A stretch of DNA of 64,000 nt from Spirochaetales bacterium (GTDB taxonomy: Bacteria > Spirochaetota > Spirochaetia > SZUA-6 > JAFGRV01). The translations under genes and the position numbers were made by a program. This document shows, one piece after another, positions 46,745 to 55,249 of the stretch; position 1 is the first letter of the stretch, and every line of letters begins with the position of its first letter. The stretch is from positions 31,340 through 95,339 of the forward strand of contig JAFGHO010000016.1 in the NCBI GenBank assembly GCA_016930085.1, given 5' to 3'. The notes beneath the pieces were generated by a model. It was given only the letters and a program-made list of their open reading frames with translations. It was not told the DNA's origin and did not search any database.

Positions 46745-47653
46745 ATGAAAAAAGGAACACCGCACTTTAAAAGTGAAAATCTGCTTTACATGAGGGAGGA
46801 AAACAAAGGTTGTGTCACACTGTTATCCAAATTCCACCCCGAACTGAGAGAATTGGTGATAAACAAAACAACGAAAGAAATCATCGATTTATGCGACGGT
46901 CAAAACACGATCGAAGACATCATTTCAAAAATGAAAGCGAAATATCCGATGGTCCAGTCGGCCATCATTACAAATGACGTACACAAAATTCTCGCTAGTA
47001 CCTCCAGATTGATGTTGATTCAATGGGAACACGAGAACCCGTACCTTTTTCTGAGAGAAGAAATCATAGACGATACGTACGGATTGAGAATCGGCGTCGA
47101 AGACGATTTGTTGAAGATAAAGAAATTTATTATGGACAGCGATATTCTTACAAATGGGAACGACGTTTCTTCCTCGCATTTTTATTATAAAAATGTTTAT
47201 GTCAACACATATGAATACGACGAAGTTTTATTGCGGCAGAAAATATTCAATTTTAACGAGGAGTTCTTCTTTTTAACAAAAAACGGGGAAATAGAAGGAT
47301 TATTATCCTTTCAGCTGCCCATTCCCCCGTCAAAGGCCGCCGTATTGAAGATGTGCATTTGTGCAAAAGAATATTTCAGGGAATTGTTTCGCTATGCATC
47401 GGACAATCTCCCGCACATATCCGTTTCGCAGCTTTCGAAAATTAAATTTATTATCAGTTCGAAGGAGCCTGTTGACGACTCCCTGGTTGAATTGCTAATA
47501 TCTGAAGGATTCGGGGACGAGGGATTGTTCAGGGACGAACTGGGTTTTGATCATGATATTTCCGTCATGGGCTTGAGCTACGATCCCGTCCTTATCGATG
47601 AGATCGAAAAAAACAGGAAAGCGGCTACCGCTATCGGCGGACTGGCGCAGTAG
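46745..47653 (+). CDS. PqqD-like RiPP recognition element (RRE) fused to a ~200-aa domain of unknown function
   Basis: The N-terminal block 'VTLLSKFHPELRELVINKTTKEIIDLCDGQNTIEDIISKMKAKYP...ITNDVHKIL' matches the PqqD/RRE consensus ('ln.ta..iw.l.dG..t..ei...l...y......DV..fl'). Confidence 0.5.
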   Translation: MKKGTPHFKSENLLYMREENKGCVTLLSKFHPELRELVINKTTKEIIDLCDGQNTIEDIISKMKAKYPMVQSAIITNDVHKILASTSRLMLIQWEHENPYLFLREEIIDDTYGLRIGVEDDLLKIKKFIMDSDILTNGNDVSSSHFYYKNVYVNTYEYDEVLLRQKIFNFNEEFFFLTKNGEIEGLLSFQLPIPPSKAAVLKMCICAKEYFRELFRYASDNLPHISVSQLSKIKFIISSKEPVDDSLVELLISEGFGDEGLFRDELGFDHDISVMGLSYDPVLIDEIEKNRKAATAIGGLAQ

Positions 47654-47721
47654 AAACGGGACCGGCGCACAATCGGACGGATTTACCGAAATATCACAAG
47701 GGGAGTGACAGGAATCGAACC

Positions 47722-48486
47722 ATGTATCGACGTTATATGTTAAACGTATCGTTTTTCGTTTTGAGTTTCTTTTTCTCGCATTGTTTCATTTTCGCGGAAC
47801 CGGCCCTGGGGAAAATCGTTTCGGATATAAAAAACAGTAAAAAGGAAATGAGCGGCAAAATCGCCGATATAACGATCATACAGGAAAGCGAAATATATTC
47901 GGAGAAGGGAACGATGCACCTCCGGTCGACGATTTACAAAAAGTCAGATAAATTCCGGGTCGAGAATTCCTGTGAGTTCGCCGGCGCAATTACCGAAGAA
48001 ACAATCATCTATGACGGCCGCGATTACTGGAAAATAGGAAGCGGCCTGAAACAGAAAATAAACAGGGACGAAATGCTGGAGAAGAACAAAACGATTGCCT
48101 TGCAGAAAAACTGGTGGGAAATAATTTCGGAGGAATCACGGCTTGAACAAGCCGACGATGAGGTAACGAACTGCTATATCATCCTGAGTGATAACAACAA
48201 TGAAACATATCGGTGCTGGGTTAACAGGGACAATCTGCTTCTCGAAAAAATCGAAATCATGTTTTCCGAAGACGACAGCATCATTATCGTCTACGGCGGT
48301 TTTGAATCAGTTGTCGACGGGCACGAAATGGCGACGAAAATCGAGCTGTACAGAAACGGTATATTGGACTCGAGAATTTCAATCAAAAAGATCGACATAA
48401 ATACCGGCGTCTCCGACGAGTTATTCGATCCGGACAGGGAAAAAAGTTTCGACCTGAATCGTATATTAAAGGATCTTTTTCAATAA
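47722..48486 (+). CDS. Secreted protein, LolA-like / unknown function
   Basis: A signal peptide 'MYRRYMLNVSFFVLSFFFSHCFIFA' is present. The length and composition suggest a beta-rich lipoprotein-carrier-like fold. The fold assignment is weak. Confidence 0.35.
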   Translation: MYRRYMLNVSFFVLSFFFSHCFIFAEPALGKIVSDIKNSKKEMSGKIADITIIQESEIYSEKGTMHLRSTIYKKSDKFRVENSCEFAGAITEETIIYDGRDYWKIGSGLKQKINRDEMLEKNKTIALQKNWWEIISEESRLEQADDEVTNCYIILSDNNNETYRCWVNRDNLLLEKIEIMFSEDDSIIIVYGGFESVVDGHEMATKIELYRNGILDSRISIKKIDINTGVSDELFDPDREKSFDLNRILKDLFQ

Positions 48487-48563
48487 ATCGGTATAGCGAA
48501 TACCCGAACAATAAACCATTGTTTATATGATCGATAAAAAATTACAATCAGAGAGGATGTTAT

Positions 48564-49055
48564 ATGAGATTATCCAGAATAATCGGATTCCTGAACAGGA
48601 GAAAGGAAAATGAAATGACGGGGGCCGGATTTATCGCCGGAACCGTCCTGGGAATTATCATCGGGCTGTATATCTTTCTTTCGGTACTTATTCTGAAAGA
48701 GGTCACATTAAACCAGCTCGAACTCTCACTCAAGCCGTACGAACGGCTTATCAGCATGGACCCGGTTACCATTTATTATATTACCCTCATCGCGACCCCG
48801 CTTATCGTGGTCTTCATTCATATGATAATCGGTGTGGTGATCGGGATCGGTGTCAATAAACTGAAAAAACCGTCCGCCTGGAAGATCTTGCTCGGCGGGG
48901 CCGCTCTGGGGACGCTTTTCGGCTTTATCACGAGTGCCCCGGCCCCGAGGATTGTTACGTTTATAGTCTGTTTGGCGGCGTGGATTGTTTTTTCCCTTGT
49001 TTTTCTCCTGACCGTTCGTTTATCGAACAGGGAACCGGAGGATAAAACGGCCTGA
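48564..49055 (+). CDS. Small 4-TM membrane protein (candidate immunity protein)
   Basis: Four hydrophobic helices are present. The RBS is 'gagagga'. No catalytic motifs were found. Confidence 0.4.
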   Translation: MRLSRIIGFLNRRKENEMTGAGFIAGTVLGIIIGLYIFLSVLILKEVTLNQLELSLKPYERLISMDPVTIYYITLIATPLIVVFIHMIIGVVIGIGVNKLKKPSAWKILLGGAALGTLFGFITSAPAPRIVTFIVCLAAWIVFSLVFLLTVRLSNREPEDKTA

Positions 49056-49172
49056 TGCCCTGAAGGGAAAAGACAGAGAGATAATGAAAAGCGGCGGGGC
49101 GTATTTCCCGGCGACACCCGAGTCGATTGCGGTCTCCGCGGAAATGCGGATGGAAATATAACTCATGGAAAA

Positions 49173-50948
49173 ATGGAAGAACCGATGAATAAAACTATAC
49201 TGGCGTATAAGGATTTAAAACGGTTACTCGGAATTTTTACGACCTATATTAAAGGGAAAAAGGGGTTATTGTTCCTCGGCGTATTTCTGGGGATAATAAG
49301 CCGGTTATGTGCGTTATCCATCCCCTTGTTTTCGAAATTTATTATCGACACCGTCATCTTCAAAGGTTTTGACAGTTACCTCAACATAACGATACTCTCC
49401 GGGATCGTCATTCTCATTCTTCTTGCGGGGTCATCGATTCTGTCGAATTATCTTCTCTTTAAGGTAAACGGTCTGGGCGGGATCAAGTTCAAGTATTCTT
49501 TTTTCAGAAAACTGCAATATGCGCCATTTACCTTTTTTACCACTATTCAAAAAGGCGCGATCGCCCACAGAATATTGACGGACACCGAACGGATTATCGG
49601 TTTCTGGACGCAGACCGTCGCGACATTGCCGCTGATCGTTATCCTGGGCGCGGGCGGGGCGATAATGCTTCATTACAATCCCGTTCTCTCCTACTTTATC
49701 TTTAGTATTATTTTGCTTCAAATCCTTATCATCGTCGTCTTCAAGGGCCCGATCATGCGGTCCTCATTTTCAATCAAGGAAAACATGGAAAAGCTCACTT
49801 CCTATACCGTGGAGTTTTTTACAAAAATAGAACTGGTGAGAACCCATTCCACCGAAAAAAGCGAACAAAAGAAATTTCTGGGTTCAGTACGGAAATTGTT
49901 CCGGGCGGCATTCAGAAACTTCATGCTCAACAAGGGATATAACAACATCATCGCCTTTCTTTCCTATCTGTGGATCTTCGTCGTGCTCTGGTACGGCGGC
50001 ACACAGATACTGGCGGGTAACATGACAATAGGGACGCTTTCCGCGTTTTTACTCCTTGTCAATATCCTCAACACTCCCATTTTCATGCTGACCGAACTGG
50101 TCCTTTCATTTCAACAAATACGAACCAGCCTTTACCGGTACGAGGAATTCGCAAGGGTCGGAAGATATCTGCCGCCACCTTCCGGCGGCAGGCCCCTGAA
50201 ACCATACAAACCCCAGGAAGGCAGGATCGAATTGAAAGGCGTATCGTTCGGCTACAATGACCATTACGTTCTCAGAAACATCAATGAAGTCATCGAACCG
50301 AATTCCATAACTGCCCTGGTCGGCAGGACCGGCGCAGGTAAATCCACCTTTTGCCGGCTACTGATTAGACTGTTCGATCCGCAATCGGGCTCCATCTATC
50401 TGGACAACAGGGACATCAGGGAAATCAAAATACCTTCTTTAAGAAAATCGATTCATCTCTCTCTGCAGAACAACCATGTGATGAACGGCACACTCTGGGA
50501 AAATCTGACATACGGTACCGGTCATGTCGATAAAAAGGATGTCCTTCTGGCAATGAAAAAAGCGGGAATCGATTTTCATTATAAAATGCCGGCCGGATTC
50601 GACACGTTGATCGGTGTTCACGGATTGAATCTGTCAGGCGGGGAATGCCAGCGGATCGCCATAGCGAGGGCATTGCTTTTAAATCCGAAGGTTTTCATAT
50701 TCGACGAAACGACGGCATATATCGACAACAGGACGGAAGAAAAGATCAAGGATGTATTATGCGAATTGAAACGATCGGGCACCGTTATTCTCATCACGCA
50801 CCGCAGCTCGACGCTGGATGTCGTCGATAATGTCCTGTTATTCGATAATGGAACGATAACGGAATCCGCACCCTCGCATGTTCTGAAACGGGACAGGGGA
50901 AGCGAGTTTTTTAAATCTTTTTATTCAAAAGGAGGCACCCCGGAATGA
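49173..50948 (+). CDS. ABC transporter, fused permease/ATPase (peptide/bacteriocin exporter type; no fused C39)
   Basis: Six N-terminal TM helices precede Walker A 'GRTGAGKST', the signature 'LSGGECQRIAIARAL' and Walker B 'IFIFDETTAYID'. Confidence 0.85.
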   Translation: MEEPMNKTILAYKDLKRLLGIFTTYIKGKKGLLFLGVFLGIISRLCALSIPLFSKFIIDTVIFKGFDSYLNITILSGIVILILLAGSSILSNYLLFKVNGLGGIKFKYSFFRKLQYAPFTFFTTIQKGAIAHRILTDTERIIGFWTQTVATLPLIVILGAGGAIMLHYNPVLSYFIFSIILLQILIIVVFKGPIMRSSFSIKENMEKLTSYTVEFFTKIELVRTHSTEKSEQKKFLGSVRKLFRAAFRNFMLNKGYNNIIAFLSYLWIFVVLWYGGTQILAGNMTIGTLSAFLLLVNILNTPIFMLTELVLSFQQIRTSLYRYEEFARVGRYLPPPSGGRPLKPYKPQEGRIELKGVSFGYNDHYVLRNINEVIEPNSITALVGRTGAGKSTFCRLLIRLFDPQSGSIYLDNRDIREIKIPSLRKSIHLSLQNNHVMNGTLWENLTYGTGHVDKKDVLLAMKKAGIDFHYKMPAGFDTLIGVHGLNLSGGECQRIAIARALLLNPKVFIFDETTAYIDNRTEEKIKDVLCELKRSGTVILITHRSSTLDVVDNVLLFDNGTITESAPSHVLKRDRGSEFFKSFYSKGGTPE

Positions 50949-51595
50949 GATATGGGCCGTATCGGCGTCTTGCGTGCTCCCTCCTTTTTCTTGCCGTCAC
51001 ACTCAATGCCGCCTCGGGCGGCCAGACCGTCGTCACACCGTATTACCGGCTGAAGTTCGAATCGATGGACCGGCAGATATCCGAGTATGCGTGCGGCATC
51101 GCCGTGTTGACGACGTTATTCAATCATTACTTCGAGATAAACCTTTCACAACAAGAAGTCATCGATCGATATGTCGCACAAATTATGGAAGAAAGGCGAG
51201 GAATTAGTTTTTTAGACTTAAAAAAAATCGCCGCCGACCGGGGATTTACCGCAAAGGGATTTAAAATCAACCTCGCCGCCCTGCTGGAATTTTTGAAAGT
51301 CAATACCGTGCCGCTTATCATTCATCTGAATGTCAGGTACGGCGCGGAGAAGGTCGGTCACTTCTGCCTGTTGCTTGGTGAAACGGACGGTTATTTCATT
51401 ATCCAGGACCCGGCATACGGCAATTGCGTTTATACGAAAAGCCAGTTGCTCGATAAATGGAGCGGCAATATCCTCGTTATCGTTCCGCCGGAAAACGACA
51501 AGACGACCGTTGAACGCAGCCGGGAGAATATGGAAAAAGTCATCGAACGGGGAATAGAACGAATACAAAGGATGTTATATTATGAATCATACTAA
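50945..51595 (+). CDS. Standalone C39-like cysteine peptidase (double-glycine leader peptidase type)
   Basis: A signal/anchor is present. The catalytic Cys lies in 'SEYACGIAVLTTLFNHY'. The His is in 'VGHFCLLLG' and the Asp in 'IIQDPAYG'. It overlaps the ABC stop by 4 nt. Confidence 0.6.
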   Translation: MRYGPYRRLACSLLFLAVTLNAASGGQTVVTPYYRLKFESMDRQISEYACGIAVLTTLFNHYFEINLSQQEVIDRYVAQIMEERRGISFLDLKKIAADRGFTAKGFKINLAALLEFLKVNTVPLIIHLNVRYGAEKVGHFCLLLGETDGYFIIQDPAYGNCVYTKSQLLDKWSGNILVIVPPENDKTTVERSRENMEKVIERGIERIQRMLYYESY

Positions 51596-52493
51596 AAACC
51601 CTCTCTTCATCATACTTTGCGCGTCTATTTCGCTCTGTACCGCAAACGATATACACGCGCAATCGGAGAATTCATTATTCAAATTCGGTCTGGAAAAAGC
51701 TTTGGTCCTTTCGGATTCGCTCCATTACAGAAGCGCGACGTCAACGGATGTACAGGAACGGACGATCACAAACACGTTTCAGGCGGGCTATTTCTTTACC
51801 GATGCCTTGTCTCTGTTTCTTACCGTTCCTTTTTCATGCGCTATCTATTCGATTAAAAACATCAATAAAGAAGCAGCCTATGAAACCCAGGCGTTCCTTC
51901 GACTTGAAAACAGCAGCGCGGCCCTTCATTATAAACTCGATTTTTCCCGTATGACCCTCAAAGTCATAGCGGGCCTTGAAATTCCGTCGATGGCCGCCGT
52001 CTGTGACTATTCATCGATCGACAATCCGGGCGACGTTCTCATATCATTCGATTCCGAGTATTCCGATGCCGCACTCGATGATCTCAGAATGTTGACATTG
52101 CTTGCCGGTGAGACATGCTGTTTCACCATAGACCCCGTCATATTGTTCGTATCCCTGAATATTTCATACCCCCTTTGGCGGGAGAAGGATACCGAAGCCA
52201 TCTACACGACGTTCAAGAGCCAGTTGATTCAATCATTGTATTTCATCGTCAACGACTCGATCAGTCTTTTTTACGATATCGGCATCATGCTATACAAGGG
52301 AGAAAATGCCGCCATGATTGAAACCTATGTTGTAAACGGCGGATGCAATATATTGATCTCCCCGACGACGGAAATCGGATTAAATGTAATGACCGCTTTC
52401 AGCGGAAACACGGCCTTCCCGGGTCTCGGCGTCACGCTGACAAAAATAATCAAGGCGGAAGGAAGCGACGCCGGTATTCCTGAAAGCCGTTAA
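51582..52493 (+). CDS. Secreted hypothetical protein
   Basis: A signal peptide 'MNHTKNPLFIILCASISLCTANDIHA' is present. It overlaps the upstream gene by 14 nt. Beta-rich, no motifs. Confidence 0.35.
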   Translation: MNHTKNPLFIILCASISLCTANDIHAQSENSLFKFGLEKALVLSDSLHYRSATSTDVQERTITNTFQAGYFFTDALSLFLTVPFSCAIYSIKNINKEAAYETQAFLRLENSSAALHYKLDFSRMTLKVIAGLEIPSMAAVCDYSSIDNPGDVLISFDSEYSDAALDDLRMLTLLAGETCCFTIDPVILFVSLNISYPLWREKDTEAIYTTFKSQLIQSLYFIVNDSISLFYDIGIMLYKGENAAMIETYVVNGGCNILISPTTEIGLNVMTAFSGNTAFPGLGVTLTKIIKAEGSDAGIPESR

Positions 52494-52556
52494 CCGTCCG
52501 AAGTCCAGGCCGGCGGCGGACGGCCGTTTCCGGAACCGGTTGTCGTGAGAGGGAGT

Positions 52557-53411
52557 ATGAATAAAAAAATCATCCTCTATATTCTCGTCAATTGCATACT
52601 CATCGGAATAGTGGCGGCCGTTTCCGTTATCCTCCATACCGAAATCCGTTATTTCGCGGCGCTTTATATGTTTTTCCCGTTCATTGCGACACTCGTCGCC
52701 GCCGTAAAATACCGGATACCGGCAGCCGACCTGGGATTGAAAATAAGCATCGGTCCGTGGTACGCGGCGGCGTGGATACTCCCCTTTTTTCTCGCCGTTC
52801 TCTCGATCCTCATCAGTCTGATGATGGGACCCGGCATGTCGTTTTCCCCCGGCATGGAAGGACTCGAACGTTTCGGCATCGCCCCCGATGCATTGCCGTC
52901 AAACGGGGGGCTTTCCGTTTGCGGTTGGATCGGCCGTATTTTCCTTGCGTTTGCCGGGGGAATCACCGTCAACGCGATATTCGCGCTCGGAGAGGAAATC
53001 GGATGGAGGGGGCTTCTCTACAAGGAATTGCGCGGCCTCGGTTTCTGGAAATCGTCGCTTGCCGCGGGACTCCTCTGGGGCGTCTGGCACGCGCCGGTCA
53101 TTCTTTCCGGCTACAATTACCCGAACCACCCCGAAATCGGTGTTTTCATGATGACCGCATTCTGCATTCTGCTTTCCCCCCTCATGCAGTTCTTGCGGGA
53201 AAAAACGGGTTCCGTCATACCCCCCGCCGTTTTTCACGGCACTATCAACGCCTTTGCGGGATATACCGTCATATTGATCAAAGGCGGAAACGACTTGCTG
53301 ACCGGCATGACCGGACTGAGCGGGATGATCGTTTTCCTGCTTATGGACGGCCTTTTGTTCGTTTATATGCGGACAGGGAAAGCGGATGGAGAGGGCAACC
53401 GGGAAGTTTGA
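52557..53411 (+). CDS. CPBP-family (CAAX/Abi) intramembrane metalloprotease, bacteriocin-immunity-like
   Basis: Multiple TM helices are present. Motif 1 is 'FALGEEIGWRGLLY' (EExxxR), with 'FWKSSLAAGLLWGVWH' and 'VFHGTINAF' (His motif). Confidence 0.7.
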   Translation: MNKKIILYILVNCILIGIVAAVSVILHTEIRYFAALYMFFPFIATLVAAVKYRIPAADLGLKISIGPWYAAAWILPFFLAVLSILISLMMGPGMSFSPGMEGLERFGIAPDALPSNGGLSVCGWIGRIFLAFAGGITVNAIFALGEEIGWRGLLYKELRGLGFWKSSLAAGLLWGVWHAPVILSGYNYPNHPEIGVFMMTAFCILLSPLMQFLREKTGSVIPPAVFHGTINAFAGYTVILIKGGNDLLTGMTGLSGMIVFLLMDGLLFVYMRTGKADGEGNREV

Positions 53412-53794
53412 TTTATAGAGAAACATATTTTCGGGCGAGGACAACTCTTCGCAGGAGTTACGGAAAAACAAGGGAAATAAAGAATAATAGATTATAAAAT
53501 CGGAAACAGCCATTTTTCAGAATATCTTGCTGATATGCCTTGTATCATTGCTGTACAAAACAGGGTAGATTAATTGCCTGATCTCCATTGTATATTGAAG
53601 CTGAAAAACAAACAAATCATTATATCAAAAGGAGATCAAGAATGTAAAAAAATATCACGATAATAATGCAATTTTGACAGCCTATTTAGCCATGCGAACC
53701 TATAAAGTCGAAAAGAATGCGAAAGGTTTTTCTTCATGGAAACGGTTTATTGAGATGGTTTTAGGTCAGATTCAATATCTTAAAGGTAAGCGGC

Positions 53795-53832
53795 CTTACA
53801 AACCGCCTCCAAAGGAGGCGGTTTGCTTTTGT
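53795..53832 (+). terminator. Strong GC hairpin terminator in the intergenic region after the RiPP operon
   Basis: An 11-12-bp stem caaaccgcctcc-aaa-ggaggcggtttg is followed by CTTTTGTT. Confidence 0.55.
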
Positions 53833-53883
53833 TAATCGACAGCGCTTTCGGGGGAGATTATTCCCATGAATAAGGTCTCCCTA

Positions 53884-54327
53884 TTACAGAAGCACCACAC
53901 CCGGAAAAATCAGATGGATAACCGCGACCGACATACCGGTTATCCCTATCAGTACATGGTACTTCTTGATGGTCGATCTTATTTTTCCGGTATCTTGTTT
54001 AACAATCTCCCCTTCCACTTCTTTATCCTTTTTTGTAAACACGGCGAGCAGCAGGCTTCCGCCTATTGCACAACCCGTCAGTGCGGGGAGCAGGTCTTCC
54101 AGAATAAAAATCCCTCCCGGTTTGATAAACACGAAAAACTGAAGAATCCCGACAGCCAGTGCCGTGATCCCTAATACGGTTTGTATACCCTTGTTGACCA
54201 AAATTCTCCTTATCGGATTAAGCAGCTTAATATCGGTTTCTATATTTCTGAACATGAGAGCCAATCCCCCCAGGAATAGCGTTAGAATGGAAATAAAATA
54301 TAATTGCAGCATGTTTGACTCCTCCAC
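53884..54327 (-). CDS. Hypothetical 4-TM membrane protein
   Basis: Hydrophobic helices throughout. No motifs. Confidence 0.4.
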   Translation of the reverse strand: MEESNMLQLYFISILTLFLGGLALMFRNIETDIKLLNPIRRILVNKGIQTVLGITALAVGILQFFVFIKPGGIFILEDLLPALTGCAIGGSLLLAVFTKKDKEVEGEIVKQDTGKIRSTIKKYHVLIGITGMSVAVIHLIFPGVVLL

Positions 54328-54538
54328 TTTATATTAAAATACCTATTTGTTATGGCTATATACCGTATTCTTATTTTTTAATAGTTATAATGACACATAT
54401 CCTCTTTTTACTGCTTTTTTTCACTTCTGCGGCTCCACGGGATTTTGCCGCCCGTTCTCTTTTTATATTGATTTTTTTATCCGGAATCAATAATCCGCTT
54501 GTCTAAAAATTATCCAGGGTGTAATATGATACGCTGTC

Positions 54539-55249
54539 ATGCCGTATAGTATTTTAATTGTGGATGATGATAAAGATTTCAGAGTCGAGTTCCGTGATAT
54601 ACTGGAAGAAGAATATGATGTATATGAAGCAGCAAGCGGAGAAAAGGCTATTGAAATCATAAAAAAACCGAATATTGTCGATCTCGCCATTCTGGATGTT
54701 AAAATGCCGGGAATACAGGGAACAGAGGTTTTAAAACAATTAAAGCAACTGGTACCGGACTTGATAATCATAATTGTTACCGGTTATGGTTCAAAGGATG
54801 TCATAATTGAATCCTTAAGAAGGCATGCCGATGATTTTCTGGAAAAACCTTTGAAAATAGAAACGGCGCTGCAAAGAATCAAACAGCTTTTATACAACAA
54901 ACAATGTGAAGTAAAAGGCGTCATTGAAAAATTAAAGCATTTTATCGAAAAAAATTTTCACAAGAAAATAAGTCTAAAGGATGCTTCAAACGTTGTCTGT
55001 TTGAGTCCCAAATATATCTCAAAAATATTTAAAGACGAGGTCGGGATTGGATTCAATGAATATAAACTCAGGTTAAAAATGGAGAGGGCAAAAGAATTAC
55101 TGGGTTTGCATACGTACAATATCAATGAGATTGCCGGTAAAATAGGATATCTGAATATCGAATCCTTTGCAAGGATATTTAAACACCTGACAGGTGTTAC
55201 TCCCTCTGAATATAGACAGCTTTTATTTCATGGAGAAAAACATGAATAA
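54539..55249 (+). CDS. Response regulator with AraC-type HTH output
   Basis: The receiver is 'ILIVDDDKDFRVEF...LAILDVKMPGIQG'. The C-terminal AraC HTH is 'LKDASNVVCLSPKYISKIFKDEVG ... IAGKIGYLNIESFARIFKHLTGVTPSEYR'. Confidence 0.8.
   Translation: MPYSILIVDDDKDFRVEFRDILEEEYDVYEAASGEKAIEIIKKPNIVDLAILDVKMPGIQGTEVLKQLKQLVPDLIIIIVTGYGSKDVIIESLRRHADDFLEKPLKIETALQRIKQLLYNKQCEVKGVIEKLKHFIEKNFHKKISLKDASNVVCLSPKYISKIFKDEVGIGFNEYKLRLKMERAKELLGLHTYNINEIAGKIGYLNIESFARIFKHLTGVTPSEYRQLLFHGEKHE

Noticed and set aside
52592-53497. 301-aa Arg-rich ORF overlapping the CPBP protease gene in another frame
   Set aside because: The CPBP frame has the EExxxR and His motifs and TM helices. The alternative frame is Arg/Pro-rich nonsense.
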